IMG/VR virus record: IMGVR_UViG_3300027898_000011
Location: 1 to 54,116 of that record
Strand: one strand, 5' to 3'
From: a virus
Taxonomy: Duplodnaviria > Caudoviricetes
DNA: 54,116 nt
Every line of letters begins with the position of its first letter. The stretch's first letter is position 1. The notes under the pieces were generated by a model. It did not search any database and was not told where the DNA came from. It saw nothing but the letters and a program-made list of their open reading frames with translations. Made by a program: the position numbers and the translations under genes. Below, one piece after another: positions 54,003 to 54,116 of this stretch.

Positions 54003-54116
54003 GGCGGTGCTGGGGCTGCCTGGGGCGTGCGGTCAGGCCGGTGCTGGGGCTGCCTGGGGCGTGCGGTCAGGCCGGTGCTGGGGCTGCCAGGGGCGTGCGG
54101 TCAGGCCGGTGCTGGG
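54003..54116. repeat. 34-bp GC-rich tandem repeat, about 3.3 copies, truncated by the window end
   Basis: Unit GCCGGTGCTGGGGCTGCCTGGGGCGTGCGGTCAG; CGGTGCTGGG at 54005, 54039, 54073 and 54107. Confidence 0.95.

Noticed and set aside
54003-54116. CRISPR array
   Set aside because: Head-to-tail repeat without spacers; no cas genes (DUF2800 is a replication nuclease)

Overview
Most of a dsDNA tailed (siphovirus-type) phage genome, probably from an alphaproteobacterial host. The host call is an inference from the RcGTA-like DUF2460/DUF2163/NlpC-P60/Phage-tail_3 tail tip. The + strand (about 2.1-19.3 kb) holds small early genes and an APSE-like replication module: RuvC-like resolvase, SNF2 helicase, DUF2800 nuclease, DUF2815 SSB, family A polymerase, a small MTase and a prim-pol/helicase. 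The - strand (about 53.6-19.4 kb) holds terS, terL, an MTase, an array of 8 tRNAs with interspersed structured ncRNA candidates, HK97 portal/protease/capsid, a double glycosyltransferase inside the head module, the tail genes, a phosphoesterase/HD cassette and the lysis genes. The two units converge on a bidirectional terminator near 19.3 kb. No integrase, CRISPR array or reverse transcriptase is visible. The window ends in a 34-bp tandem repeat and an ORF runs off the left end, so the genome is incomplete. The most striking feature is a ~630-nt insertion in terL that stays open in the terminase frame, has no intein or intron hallmarks, and encodes a complete endonuclease VII-type HNH protein in another frame. 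Also notable are four consecutive small genes starting with the same 16-nt/PCTPP sequence, a CCA-ending tRNA mimic and a c4-like RNA in the tRNA array, and three RMF-like motifs. Family assignments come from motif recognition by eye; no searches were run.
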